Shown in pieces: positions 37,643 to 47,500 of a stretch of DNA of 64,000 nt. The stretch spans positions 64,001-128,000 of the IMG/VR virus record IMGVR_UViG_3300045993_000425. The stretch is one strand, 5' to 3'. Source of the DNA: a virus. The translations under genes were made by a program, and so were the position numbers. The notes under the pieces were generated by a model. That model searched no databases and was not told the origin of the DNA. It saw nothing but the letters and a program-made list of their open reading frames with translations. The first letter of the stretch is position 1. Every line of letters starts with the position of its first letter.

Positions 37643-37921
37643 ATGGCAAAGACCAAGTTCCCCAGCATCAAAGATGTCGCCAATGACCTGCGGCTCGCCA
37701 ACAAGCAGGTCGAGGGCTCCTGCGACGTTCGACTCCAGGTGAGCGAGTCTGGCTCCTGGGAGATCCGAGTCGGAGATGCCTCATACGACCTCGACCACCG
37801 GGGCTACTGGGGTGCGTCGGGGGTGCCGGGAGATGGGCACCGGTTCAACAGCATCGAAACGGCGAGGGAACTGCTCGACCAGGCGAAGGACCAGTACCAC
37901 TGCTGCCAGGAGAACGACTAA
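37643..37921 (+). CDS. Early hypothetical protein
   Basis: GAGGAG SD; GDASYD.DHRG.WGA. Confidence 0.7.
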   Translation: MAKTKFPSIKDVANDLRLANKQVEGSCDVRLQVSESGSWEIRVGDASYDLDHRGYWGASGVPGDGHRFNSIETARELLDQAKDQYHCCQEND

Positions 37922-38241
37922 TGGATGCCTACTGCTACCAAGCTGCACTTCTCTGCGGCTCCTGCGGGTCGAACGCAGCTTCTGACCTCCTCAAGGAGGG
38001 GGCAGAGGACACGGGGGACTCCAACGACTTCCCTCAGGGTCCGTTCGCGGACGGTGGAGGAGAGTCGGACTCGCCGCAGCACTGCGACCACTGCGGCGAG
38101 TTCCTCGAGAACCCCCTCACCAGCGAGGGGGTCGAGTACGTCATGCAGGCCCTGCTGGAGGACAAAGGCTCCTCTGAGGTGCTGGCTGAGTGGTCGCAGT
38201 TCTACGACATCAAGCTGCCCGAGGCCGACGATGAAGGATAG
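37921..38241 (+). CDS. Acidic Zn-binding hypothetical protein
   Basis: Two CxxC; ESDSP.HC. Confidence 0.65.
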   Translation: MDAYCYQAALLCGSCGSNAASDLLKEGAEDTGDSNDFPQGPFADGGGESDSPQHCDHCGEFLENPLTSEGVEYVMQALLEDKGSSEVLAEWSQFYDIKLPEADDEG

Positions 38242-38620
38242 CATCCTGAGGGAGGAGACCTACGACCTGTCCGGTGGCAGCTACCTGCTGACCACTTGGG
38301 ACTCTGGCAGGCTGGACGGTCGAGGCTGCACCGTCATCGGCTACCGCTTCGAGCAGAAGCTGCCGGTCGAGAAGATGCTCTTTGAGGCAGAGGACTTCTG
38401 CCACAGCCCGCTAGACGCTGACGATTCGGACGAGTCGCTCTGGGCACTCCTCGGGTTCCTCACCCTGCGTAAGGGCGACACCGATAGTGAGTACTTCCAG
38501 ACCTACAACGAGGATCAACTCGCCTGGTCGGAGTCCAGCGACTGCGAGGAACTGTCTGGAGTTGTTGCGGTGGCGCAGGACAGACCGAACGACGACTCGG
38601 GCGAACAGAGGTGGAAGTAG
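38231..38620 (+). CDS. Acidic hypothetical protein
   Basis: Start reassigned to MKDSIL; FLTLR.GDTD.EYF. Confidence 0.65.
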   Translation: MKDSILREETYDLSGGSYLLTTWDSGRLDGRGCTVIGYRFEQKLPVEKMLFEAEDFCHSPLDADDSDESLWALLGFLTLRKGDTDSEYFQTYNEDQLAWSESSDCEELSGVVAVAQDRPNDDSGEQRWK

Positions 38621-38629
38621 AAATGACGC

Positions 38630-38658
38630 TTGACGCAGTATCACACTTCTGATAGTAT
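38630..38658 (+). promoter_or_regulatory. Early sigma70-type promoter
   Basis: TTGACG-N17-TAGTAT. Confidence 0.8.
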
Positions 38659-38690
38659 CTCTTCATCGCAGCACACAAAGGAGGCACACA

Positions 38691-39056
38691 ATGACCGAAA
38701 TCGACAGCAACGCGAACACCATCGACAGCCGCGACGTGATCACCCGCATCAAGGAGCTGCAGCTGGAGATCTCGGAGGAGGACAAGGTCGAGTTCGAGGG
38801 CCAGGAGGAGCTGGACAAGCTGGTCGACCTCCAGGAGCGGTGCGAGGGGTACTGCGCCGACTGGAAGTACGGGGCAATCCTCGTCTCGGACAGCTACTTC
38901 ACCGAGTACGCTCAGACGTTGGCAGAGGACATCGGGGCGGTCGGGAGCAAGGTGGAGTGGCCCTACACCTGCATCGACTGGGAGGCAGCGGCGCGGGACC
39001 TCAGGATGGACTACACGCCCGTCGACTTCGACGGCACCACCTTCTGGTATCGCTAG
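38691..39056 (+). CDS. ArdA-like antirestriction/DNA-mimic candidate
   Basis: Acidic; FTEYA..LAED...IDWEAAARDL resembles the ArdA C-terminal motif. Confidence 0.55.
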   Translation: MTEIDSNANTIDSRDVITRIKELQLEISEEDKVEFEGQEELDKLVDLQERCEGYCADWKYGAILVSDSYFTEYAQTLAEDIGAVGSKVEWPYTCIDWEAAARDLRMDYTPVDFDGTTFWYR

Positions 39057-39065
39057 GAGAAACCA

Positions 39066-39809
39066 ATGGGATACGACCTGTCCACGCTGGACCTCAAGAA
39101 GATCAAGAGCCTGCCGGTACTCGACCTACCGGCTGGCTACTCTGTCCAGAAGAACCCCGGCAGCGGCTGCTTCCTCGACCCGCCTGGCTACCCGTCCTAC
39201 TTCATCAGAGCCGTCTACAACAAGTACGGCAACGAGCCAGCGAACTACGACCCCTACTGCTTTGAGGTCGATGGGGTGCGGTACGGCTTCTCGCTGGAGG
39301 GGAAGGGGCCAGAGTTTCTCGAAAGCTTCTGGCTCGCCCTTCCTCCGAACCACCCTCGGGTCCACGCCTGGTTCCTGGCCGTCTACCAGCACCTCGTTCA
39401 CTGTTACGAAAACGAGTCAGCTACCGGGCATGACAAGCTGCTGATCTACCCGGTGCCTAGCTACCAGCTGAAGAAGGCGAAGATCGACCCTCGCTTCAAG
39501 ACGGAGATCAACGAAGCCCTCACCAAGGAGGCTGAGAAGAGCAACAAGGAGCTCCTCGAGCACGCCGAAAAGGTGGGCATCCCTGAGAATCACAAGGGCT
39601 ACCGGCTGATCAAGGACTTCTACCCGAACGTCCAGCCCGACCTGGAGTTGATCAAGGACCCAGGAGTCAGGAAGCCTGGAGACTGGTGGGAGCGGTACTC
39701 CACGAAGCCCTCCCACGAGGACTGCCCTGGAGACGAAATCGGTGGGCATCGGACTCACCCGACCAGCAATAACTGGTGCCAGCTTTGCGGCTGGAAGGAC
39801 GGAGAGTAA
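39066..39809 (+). CDS. Early hypothetical protein
   Basis: 247 aa; AGGAG SD. Confidence 0.7.
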   Translation: MGYDLSTLDLKKIKSLPVLDLPAGYSVQKNPGSGCFLDPPGYPSYFIRAVYNKYGNEPANYDPYCFEVDGVRYGFSLEGKGPEFLESFWLALPPNHPRVHAWFLAVYQHLVHCYENESATGHDKLLIYPVPSYQLKKAKIDPRFKTEINEALTKEAEKSNKELLEHAEKVGIPENHKGYRLIKDFYPNVQPDLELIKDPGVRKPGDWWERYSTKPSHEDCPGDEIGGHRTHPTSNNWCQLCGWKDGE

Positions 39810-39810
39810 C

Positions 39811-39984
39811 ATGACAAAGACGGAAAAGACGAAGAAGGCAAGGGACATCTACCAGAAGCTGGGCTGCAACCTCATGAAGGCGACAGCCGTCTGGAGGCAG
39901 TTGGAGCCTACTGCGACTGAGCAGGAGGTCGCAGGCCTCATCGAGGACCGGCACAGCAAGCAGCAGCGAAACGAGATCTACTGA
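39811..39984 (+). CDS. Small hypothetical protein
   Basis: Start reassigned to MTKTEK. Confidence 0.5.
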   Translation: MTKTEKTKKARDIYQKLGCNLMKATAVWRQLEPTATEQEVAGLIEDRHSKQQRNEIY

Positions 39985-40439
39985 TGGACGCCCCCGAGAT
40001 GACAGAGTCCCGTCTGGCTGCCTATCTGGAGGCAGGCAAGCAAGCGGCTGAAAACAGCTCCCAGCCTGCTCAGGCGAAGGGCAGGAAGACCAGGCGAGCC
40101 AAGGAGGAGGTGGCAGCCGCGCGAGCCGCCAGGGCAGCCTATGAAGCTGAGAGGGTGCTCTACGAGGGGCGCTACCGGCTGCGCTCTGAGATCCTCGAGC
40201 GGATGCTGGAGGGTGCCTGGAAGGGAGCGACGGTGTCAGAGACGGATACCGAGCACGTCTTACAGCTAGCAGGGGCGGAACTCCACCTCCGCAAGGGCAA
40301 CATTGACCTAGACGGCTGGAGCAAGCAAGCGTGCGAACGAGGGATCCATCACCGGACGGCTCGTGATGACTATGGATTTGAGAACAGGACTTGCTTCTGC
40401 CAGAGCAGGAAGGGTCGAAAGGCTATCAAAAGCACTTGA
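39984..40439 (+). CDS. Hypothetical protein
   Basis: TGATG-coupled ORF. Confidence 0.55.
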   Translation: MDAPEMTESRLAAYLEAGKQAAENSSQPAQAKGRKTRRAKEEVAAARAARAAYEAERVLYEGRYRLRSEILERMLEGAWKGATVSETDTEHVLQLAGAELHLRKGNIDLDGWSKQACERGIHHRTARDDYGFENRTCFCQSRKGRKAIKST

Positions 40440-40464
40440 CCGCTAGCTGGCTGTCTGGTAGTAT
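40436..40464 (+). promoter_or_regulatory. Early sigma70-type promoter
   Basis: TTGACC-N17-TAGTAT. Confidence 0.8.
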
Positions 40465-40490
40465 CCTTCTCACCTCAGACAAGGGAGCCC

Positions 40491-40910
40491 ATGATGGTAG
40501 CCAAGAACATCACCCCCTCGCTCGCCTCCATCCTGCGGCTCCTCCTCGACCAGGGTGGGTCGCGCCGCCTGGTCTACAAGAATGGGACCCGTCTCCAGCT
40601 GCGGGGGCTCGCCGGGAAGCTGATTCGGCTCCAGAAGGCTGGGCTGGTCGAGAACGTCAAGACGGAGAACTACAAGACCTACGAACAAGAGGAGGTCTTG
40701 GTCCTCCAGGCTGCCCACTTGGCAAGTGTCGAGGAGTCCAAGAACCACAACGCTATGGTCCTAGCCAAGAATGGGGTGGTCGAGAACCCAATGTTCGTCG
40801 GTCCCTACTTCGGACCCAAGGTCGGTGACAAGATCTTGGTCGAGGTGGAGTGGCACCACTTCGTGACTGCCGCCGGTTGCGAGGCTCTCAACGCTTTCGA
40901 GCAGAAGTAG
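40491..40910 (+). CDS. Early hypothetical protein (possibly wHTH)
   Basis: Own promoter and SD. Confidence 0.65.
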   Translation: MMVAKNITPSLASILRLLLDQGGSRRLVYKNGTRLQLRGLAGKLIRLQKAGLVENVKTENYKTYEQEEVLVLQAAHLASVEESKNHNAMVLAKNGVVENPMFVGPYFGPKVGDKILVEVEWHHFVTAAGCEALNAFEQK

Positions 40911-40939
40911 TTGACGGCTGGTTCCCGTTCTGATAGTAT
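40911..40939 (+). promoter_or_regulatory. Early sigma70-type promoter
   Basis: TTGACG-N17-TAGTAT. Confidence 0.8.
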
Positions 40940-40965
40940 CGCTTTCACCTTCAGGGGAGAACACA

Positions 40966-41835
40966 ATGACCAAGACCAAGCTGACCGATGCCGCCAAGGA
41001 GCTCGACCTCACCATCAGCAACTACATCCTCTGCAAGTTCGAGGAAGAGGGAGCCCCGCTCTACGAGAGCCGCAGCGACACCGAGGTGGGTCAGGCCTAC
41101 CTGAACCTCGACCTGGAGGACGGGGAGGTTTCGGTGACGACCGGTCACTACCAGGGTGACGGCATCCCCATGAGGGAGTGGCACGGTGAGATCCAGAGCT
41201 GGAAGTTCGGCTCGACCTGCATCTCGGGGGAGCAGCTGGAGAAGCTGGTCCAGAAGGCCCTCCCGCTGCTCGCCCGCGTCAACGACGGGGGGTACATCGA
41301 GTGGGATGGCAGCAACCACGTCGGTCAGCTGAACGAGGATGCCAGCGATGCAGAGCGGGAACTGGAGGACCTGCTGGAGCAGGTGGAGGGCGACATCGAG
41401 GCCTGGCAGGCTGGCGACTGGTTCTGCGAGTACCGCGACTCCCAGTTCCTCCAGGAGCTCTCCGATGCCGGCAGCGTCGAGGCCCTGATCGAGCAGTTGG
41501 AGTCGGAAGTCGACCACGACACCGTCATCGAGGGGCTCTCCTCCTACATCGAGGAGCGGGTGGAGGAGTTCCTGAAGGCCATCGAGGAGTGGATCGAGGA
41601 CGACCGCCTGGTCGAGGTCCGCTACCGGCTGACCGGGCAGGACCCTGAGATGGACGAGGAGAGCGGAATCTGGGAGGGGGAGTCGAGCGAGCAGGCCCTC
41701 TCCAAGCACATCGGGGGCATCATCGACTGGCCCACCGACGAGCGGCCAGAACTCAAGGCGAAGGTCGTCGGGCTGACCATCGATGTAGACAAGGACGGGG
41801 ACCTCCTGGCGCACTTCACCGTCGAGACGATCTAG
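40966..41835 (+). CDS. Highly acidic early protein
   Basis: 289 aa, very Asp/Glu-rich. Confidence 0.75.
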   Translation: MTKTKLTDAAKELDLTISNYILCKFEEEGAPLYESRSDTEVGQAYLNLDLEDGEVSVTTGHYQGDGIPMREWHGEIQSWKFGSTCISGEQLEKLVQKALPLLARVNDGGYIEWDGSNHVGQLNEDASDAERELEDLLEQVEGDIEAWQAGDWFCEYRDSQFLQELSDAGSVEALIEQLESEVDHDTVIEGLSSYIEERVEEFLKAIEEWIEDDRLVEVRYRLTGQDPEMDEESGIWEGESSEQALSKHIGGIIDWPTDERPELKAKVVGLTIDVDKDGDLLAHFTVETI

Positions 41836-42081
41836 GTGGCTGCTTACTTCATCGTACCTGCCCCTGGTAGCTATGGGGGCAGGACGAGGGTGATCTCCAG
41901 CCATCACACCCTCAAGGCTGCCGAGAGGGCCTTGGGGTCGCAGAAGGGGCATGCAGTGCAGTACTGCGTCAGGAGGGGCTGGCTGGTGAAAGGCGATCCC
42001 TTCTACCAGGCAGATCTCGCCCGCTTCCCGGTAGTCTACCCCTATTCTCCATCGAATGTTGACACGCCCGTCCCGTTTTGA
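41836..42081 (+). CDS. Hypothetical protein
   Basis: GTG start abutting the upstream stop. Confidence 0.45.
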   Translation: MAAYFIVPAPGSYGGRTRVISSHHTLKAAERALGSQKGHAVQYCVRRGWLVKGDPFYQADLARFPVVYPYSPSNVDTPVPF

Positions 42082-42087
42082 TAGTAT
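42059..42087 (+). promoter_or_regulatory. Early sigma70-type promoter
   Basis: TTGACA-N17-TAGTAT. Confidence 0.8.
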
Positions 42088-42130
42088 CCCTTCATCAGTC
42101 AGCCAGCCGGTACAACCAAAGGAGAACACA

Positions 42131-42751
42131 ATGGCCAAGTTCACGAAGGCGTCCGCGAAGAAGTTCATCAAGAACGCCAAGATCACGGTCTACGTCAGCA
42201 AGCGTAGCGAGTACAACTGCTCGCACGCATTCATCGTCTTCCAGGAAGGTGAGGACAAGGGCTGGGGTCTGGCTCGGCAGTTCCGCATCGAGTTCCAGGC
42301 CAATAACCTGACCCACGCAGAGGATACGTTCTCAGATGTATCGCCCTACAAGCTGTTCGACTACGGGAACGTCCCGTTCGGCGGCTTCTACGGTGGGCAC
42401 CTCGACGTGGGGCACGATCTCTCCTTCGACTCCGACTGGTCTGAGAAGCTGGTCGTCCCGCAGTTGGTCTGCAGCCTCCTTCAGGAGCAGATCCGCAACT
42501 GCAACCTGCACCTCGTCACCGAGTGCCAGCTGGGCGGGATCTGCGAGGCCATCGAGAAGCTGGGTGGCACCTACACCCTCGTTCGCCGGAACCACAACGA
42601 CCGGGAGATCCTCGACATCCACTCCGATGAGATCAAGTTCGGAGTCGGGGCAGAGAAGGTCGCTCAGATCCGGGCCAACCTCGCCGCCAGGGACGCAGAG
42701 GTGAGGGCGAAGAGGGCGGCAGAGCTGGGGCTGTCCGAGGAGGTGGCGTAA
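42131..42751 (+). CDS. Early hypothetical protein
   Basis: AAAGGAG SD, MAKFTK start. Confidence 0.7.
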   Translation: MAKFTKASAKKFIKNAKITVYVSKRSEYNCSHAFIVFQEGEDKGWGLARQFRIEFQANNLTHAEDTFSDVSPYKLFDYGNVPFGGFYGGHLDVGHDLSFDSDWSEKLVVPQLVCSLLQEQIRNCNLHLVTECQLGGICEAIEKLGGTYTLVRRNHNDREILDIHSDEIKFGVGAEKVAQIRANLAARDAEVRAKRAAELGLSEEVA

Positions 42752-42987
42752 TGGCACTCTCCACCCTCGACCAGCAGGCCCTGAAGGCCCTCCTGGCTGG
42801 CAACCAGGAGAAGACCAAAGAACTCTCCAACTACGCTCGCCAGGTTCGAGGGAACACGCTTCCTTGCCCTGCCTGCGACGACACTGGGCCTCACGACGAC
42901 AACGGAGAGAACGGATATGATCGGATGCTCTGCTGCCGGAAGTGCGGCGAGCACTGGGATGTCTACACCGAGGCTGTGTACTGGTAG
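42751..42987 (+). CDS. Small Zn-ribbon protein
   Basis: CPAC...CRKC. Confidence 0.6.
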   Translation: MALSTLDQQALKALLAGNQEKTKELSNYARQVRGNTLPCPACDDTGPHDDNGENGYDRMLCCRKCGEHWDVYTEAVYW

Positions 42988-43030
42988 TTTGTACTAGATA
43001 TCTGACAGGTAGTACCACAAGGAGAACAAC

Positions 43031-43420
43031 GTGAAGAATCTGACCAAGGCGCAGCTCATCAAGAAGACCGAACTCACCGACGCTATCCAGAAGGCACAGG
43101 AGGTACTGGAGGCGAAGATCGCAACCTTCAACGAGATCAAGGCCACTGAGTGGTGTGAGGTGGAGGATGCTCTCGCCAAACTCAACGACGAGGTCGAGGA
43201 GTTCAACGACTTCCGGCAGGAGATCGTGGACGAGCAGAACGAGTACTACGAGGGGAAGAGCGAGAGGTGGCAGGAGAGCGATGCGGGGCAGGACTACGAC
43301 GCCTGGCGGCAGGAGTGGGACAACGAGATCTCCACCGCCAACGACATCGACGAGCCCGACGACGCCACGTTCGACGAAACCCCCGCTGACGACATCGAGA
43401 ACCTTCGCGAGGAGCCGTGA
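43031..43420 (+). CDS. Highly acidic helical protein
   Basis: AAGGAG SD; KSERWQES.AG motif. Confidence 0.7.
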   Translation: MKNLTKAQLIKKTELTDAIQKAQEVLEAKIATFNEIKATEWCEVEDALAKLNDEVEEFNDFRQEIVDEQNEYYEGKSERWQESDAGQDYDAWRQEWDNEISTANDIDEPDDATFDETPADDIENLREEP

Positions 43421-43597
43421 CCACAATACTGACCATCGTCATCACCCTGGCCGCCAGCCTTGTCATCGACATCCTGGCGGCTGTTTTCATCCTCCGCAGC
43501 CGTAGCCGGTCACAGCAGCTAGTCAACTTGATCAAGAGGTGGCTATGAGCATACAGGAAGACGATAACGCCGCCCGAGCCGCCCTGAAGGAGGAGCC

Positions 43598-43837
43598 GTG
43601 AACCAGATCGGATGCGACATGTGCGTGCATGAACTTATCGCCATGCAGTTGCGTGAGCGGGTGAAGGTGCTGGAGGCTGACTTCCAGAGCTGCGCGCACG
43701 AACTGGAAATCTCAGACGCCGCTGCGGACAGGGCTGTGGCCCGCGCCTCCCAGCTGGAGGCGGCGCTGGTGTGCCCCTGCGGAGGTGACTACGGCACCCA
43801 CAGGTGCATCCGCTGTGACTCGGAGGTGGGGCCGTGA
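43598..43837 (+). CDS. Hypothetical protein
   Basis: GGAGGAG SD, GTG start. Confidence 0.5.
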   Translation: MNQIGCDMCVHELIAMQLRERVKVLEADFQSCAHELEISDAAADRAVARASQLEAALVCPCGGDYGTHRCIRCDSEVGP

Positions 43838-43871
43838 GCCTGCTATCAAACACGTCTCTAAGAGGTGGGCT

Positions 43872-44141
43872 ATGACTGACAATAGCGATGAATCTCACAA
43901 GCGTTATGAGTTCATAGAACTGCACGCTGAGATCTATCGCCTGCGCGCAAATTGTGAGAGTCTAGAAGCCATCGTAACCGACCTGCTAGTTGGAGCCAGA
44001 GATCTCAAGTCTAGAAACGAGCTGCTGAAAACAGCACTACATGAGATTGTGGCCATAACCAGCGATGCCGACACAAACCATAGAGTTTTCACAGCCATGA
44101 CAATTGCCAGAGCTGCTATTGAACAGGAGAATGGGCTATGA
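43872..44141 (+). CDS. Coiled-coil hypothetical protein
   Basis: Start reassigned to MTDNSD; ends ARAAIE. Confidence 0.5.
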   Translation: MTDNSDESHKRYEFIELHAEIYRLRANCESLEAIVTDLLVGARDLKSRNELLKTALHEIVAITSDADTNHRVFTAMTIARAAIEQENGL

Positions 44142-44344
44142 GCGACAAGGCTGAGATCACATGCCCATTCTGCCGGTCGAGCGACATAGCAGAACTCTGG
44201 ATCCTCGACCGGCTCCTTCACCTTCGCTGCCTGGCTTGCTGGGGTCTTTTCTGCAAGGCTAGCTAGCAGCAATCTTGTTGACAGAAAACCCATCGATATG
44301 TTATTCATCTATCATGCTGCAACGACGCGGCTAGGGAGATACCA

Positions 44345-44584
44345 ATGGCGAACGAATTGACGGCAGCAGAGCAGGCATACGAGGCGGCACTCATCGGGTG
44401 CAAGCGTGCGGCCTATGCTATGCATCGCGCCGCCGACGAGGCCACCCAAGAGCAGTACGCGGCACTCAAGGTGCGCCATGTCATGTCACGGGCCACTCTG
44501 GCCGCCGCCTCCGCGTCGATGGGATCGTCGGTGAACCGCGAGGAGATCGAGTCCCGCGTGGCGACGATGAGGATCTCCCGGTAA
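44345..44584 (+). CDS. Hypothetical protein
   Basis: GGGAG SD. Confidence 0.55.
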   Translation: MANELTAAEQAYEAALIGCKRAAYAMHRAADEATQEQYAALKVRHVMSRATLAAASASMGSSVNREEIESRVATMRISR

Positions 44585-44586
44585 GG

Positions 44587-47500
44587 CTAGCAGCCAGACC
44601 ACAGTTTGTTCATGCCCTCTGACAGGTTGCCGTGGATGTCTCGCAGCTGCCGCAGCCTAGTCATAGGGCATTCAGTACCAACCCCATAAAGTCTAAGCGT
44701 TTTCTCGATGACATTCTCATTCAGGTCGAGTAGCCACTCCCTGAGGTCGATATCGTCCTGACCAGCCAGCTTAGGCATGTAGACAAGCCGGTCCTCTGGG
44801 GCCATCTTCATGAAGTCTAGAGGAGCCCATGCTCGCAGGATGTAAGGCACGAAGCTGCTAGGGTCAGTTCCAGGCGAGTAGTCCGTACCGGCGAAAGCTG
44901 ACCCATGATCGATGAGGGCGATAGCACCGGCTGGCTCGACCAGAATGTTCTGGCCATGAGCATCAGTCTCCCCAATGACCCAGAGGTAGCAGGCTAGCCG
45001 GTGTAGGAGGCCTGACTTCAGGTAGGGGATGAGCACCTCAGAGGCTAGCTGCTCTGCCTGCCTGTTCTGCTCGTCCAAGGGCTTGAATTGCGCCCCTAGC
45101 AGCCTCATGGCGGCGGTTTCGCGCCCATTGATGAGGAGCAGGTCGCAGTGGGGGATCGACTGCCCTAGCCCCATCTCCTTCGCAATATGGTAGGCTGCCG
45201 CTTCCCTGGCCGACTGGCTGGCGGTTTCCTGCCTGACTCCAGCAGCCGGTGAAAGTTTCCCACTGCCTGGCTTGAGGAGCCAGATGCCACCAGACTTAGG
45301 GTCACGAGCAGCTAGAGCCCCCTTGGAGTGCTTGCCGTTGAGGTTGAGAGGCCAGACGAGGCCTTCCTTCGCCGCTCTCCCTACCTCGAGTGCTGTGTCA
45401 CGCGCCTCGAGGACAGCCGGTGTGACAGTCTTGACCCAGTGCTTCTCCTCTTCAGCCTTCCCAAGGTCCCTTCCGCCAAGCTCTAGGACAGCCTCCAGGG
45501 CTCGGAGGTTCTGTTCGTTGTCGGCTAGCTGGACAGCGAAGAGGACAGCCTTCTTCTTGTCTCCAAGCACCCTGTAGGCAATCTGGTACTGGTCATGGTC
45601 GAACGGCCTACCGGCGGCCAGGAAGATAGCTGCACTGACCAAGCGGTCTAGGTCTGGGTCGTGCCCAAGCTGCCTGGAGGCCTGGATGATCTCCCAGGAC
45701 TCAAGCTTACCGGCTTCTGGGTCGAGCCCGAGTAGCTGCTCTGACTTCTTGGTCTTGTTGGGACTAGCAGGAGCCATCTGAAGGCTGTGACGGTCCGGCT
45801 TGCCGGGAGTGCCTTGCTGCACCTTTAGGTCTGGCTGTGTCTCTAGTGAGTCCCACAGAGCGTAAGACTCTGGTGAGTTTGTGGTGTCTGACCATACCGT
45901 CCCGAACCTAGAAGCTAGATGGCGATACAGAGCAGTAGCGACCCCTTGTCGCTGGAACTTGGGATGGACGACTGTATTGAAAATGGTCATTCCGGTTCTA
46001 TTCGAGATACCTCTTAGGGTTGCGATGGTCGGTCGCTCTTCGATGTGAGTTGGCACGTCTGTTGCCGTGACATTGAAGCGGGACCACGGGATATCTCCTT
46101 CGTCCTCTGAGTCTCGATAGTGATGTACCCACCTGCCTTCCCCCAAGGGGTGAGTGTCGATGTAGGTATCAGGGGTTCCTGGGCGAGCGTCTTCGGCCTG
46201 ATACCTAGCCTCATTGTCTGGCCATGAAGGGTACTCTAGTGGCATCTTTCTTAGCCGCTCTGACTTCCGAGTACTATCAGGTGCAGGAGGCAGCTGACCC
46301 GGCAATCTGCGGCGACGAGGGATGGCTCCAGCAGCTGCAATGCCACCAGCAATGCCCAAGCCAACAGCACCCAGACCGAATCCGACCCGGCTGCCGGTTT
46401 GGGCTCCTTCGTAGGTAGACAGGGCGGCCTCTCGCATCTCGGGATCAACCGGCATAGGAGCGTGGTCCCAAGCTCTCTTCTCTGACTCCAGAGTGGCCCC
46501 ACTCAAGGTATTCGCTATAGTCCCCGGTGCAGGAGGGTTGGGGTCTAGGATGTGACCTGCCTCATGGGAGACTGCACTCGGGTGAGCAGTGTCATTGGCA
46601 AAGATGTGCCCCTCGGATGGAATCGAGAAGGGGCTCATCTTTACGGAGGTCTTGAACTTCGCCCAGCGTGCTTCCTCCTTTGGGGTGGTGGGAGCTCGTA
46701 GGTCTGCTGGGGTAGTCAGCTTGATCCCAGGAAGCTTGGAGGCATTGCGGTCGAATATGGCTCGAGTCGGCTCTACTTCATGTGCGTGCCTGGCATTGAC
46801 CTGACTCCAGTGCTTGGCCTGAGTCAAACTGCCAACCCCACTACCCGCCTTGGCTCCCGCTAGCCCACCGGCAGTCGCCATGCCAAGAGCAAGCGCACCT
46901 ATGACTCCATTACGGATAGCTCCCTTCTCAAGAGAGTCGTCGCTCTCGGCAATGGAGTCGATCAACCCGTAAATCCAGGTCAGGTTGACCTCGTCCACCT
47001 TGGCCTTGTCGGCTGTCAGGGATGTCTCGACAGTGACCGTCAGAGGGCAGCCCAGATGCTCGAAGACCCCTTGCGTCGTATTGTCAATATCCTTGCAGAT
47101 GAGCAAGCCGTCTGGGTCTACTGTCCCTTTATTCCCCTCGACATCGTAGAGCTCGACCTTCTGCCCAGCCGCAGCCGGTAGAATCTCGGCAGCCTTCTTA
47201 GCCACCTCTCGGAGCTGGTCATCGAAGACATAGGCATAGGTAGATGGAGGTAGGTCTTTCTTGTCTAGGTCAGAGTCCTGGTGGAGGTCTACCATCGCAT
47301 CCGGCGTAGGGATGGAGATGATGTCCTCATAGAAGGCTTTAGCCTCGTCTGAGGCATCAGGAGCTACTCGGACATCGTCATACCGCCGGTCAGCTACCTC
47401 GAGCACCCATTTCCCTTTGACCCGGTACTCGATCAAGTGGTTGGAAGGCGTCCCATCCTTGATGTTTCTCTTGCCTCGCCCCCAGCCGGTAGGATTGTAG

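Noticed and set aside
40951-43426. 411-aa and 364-aa minus-strand ORFs
   Set aside because: Antisense to promoter- and SD-supported early genes; an artefact of codon bias
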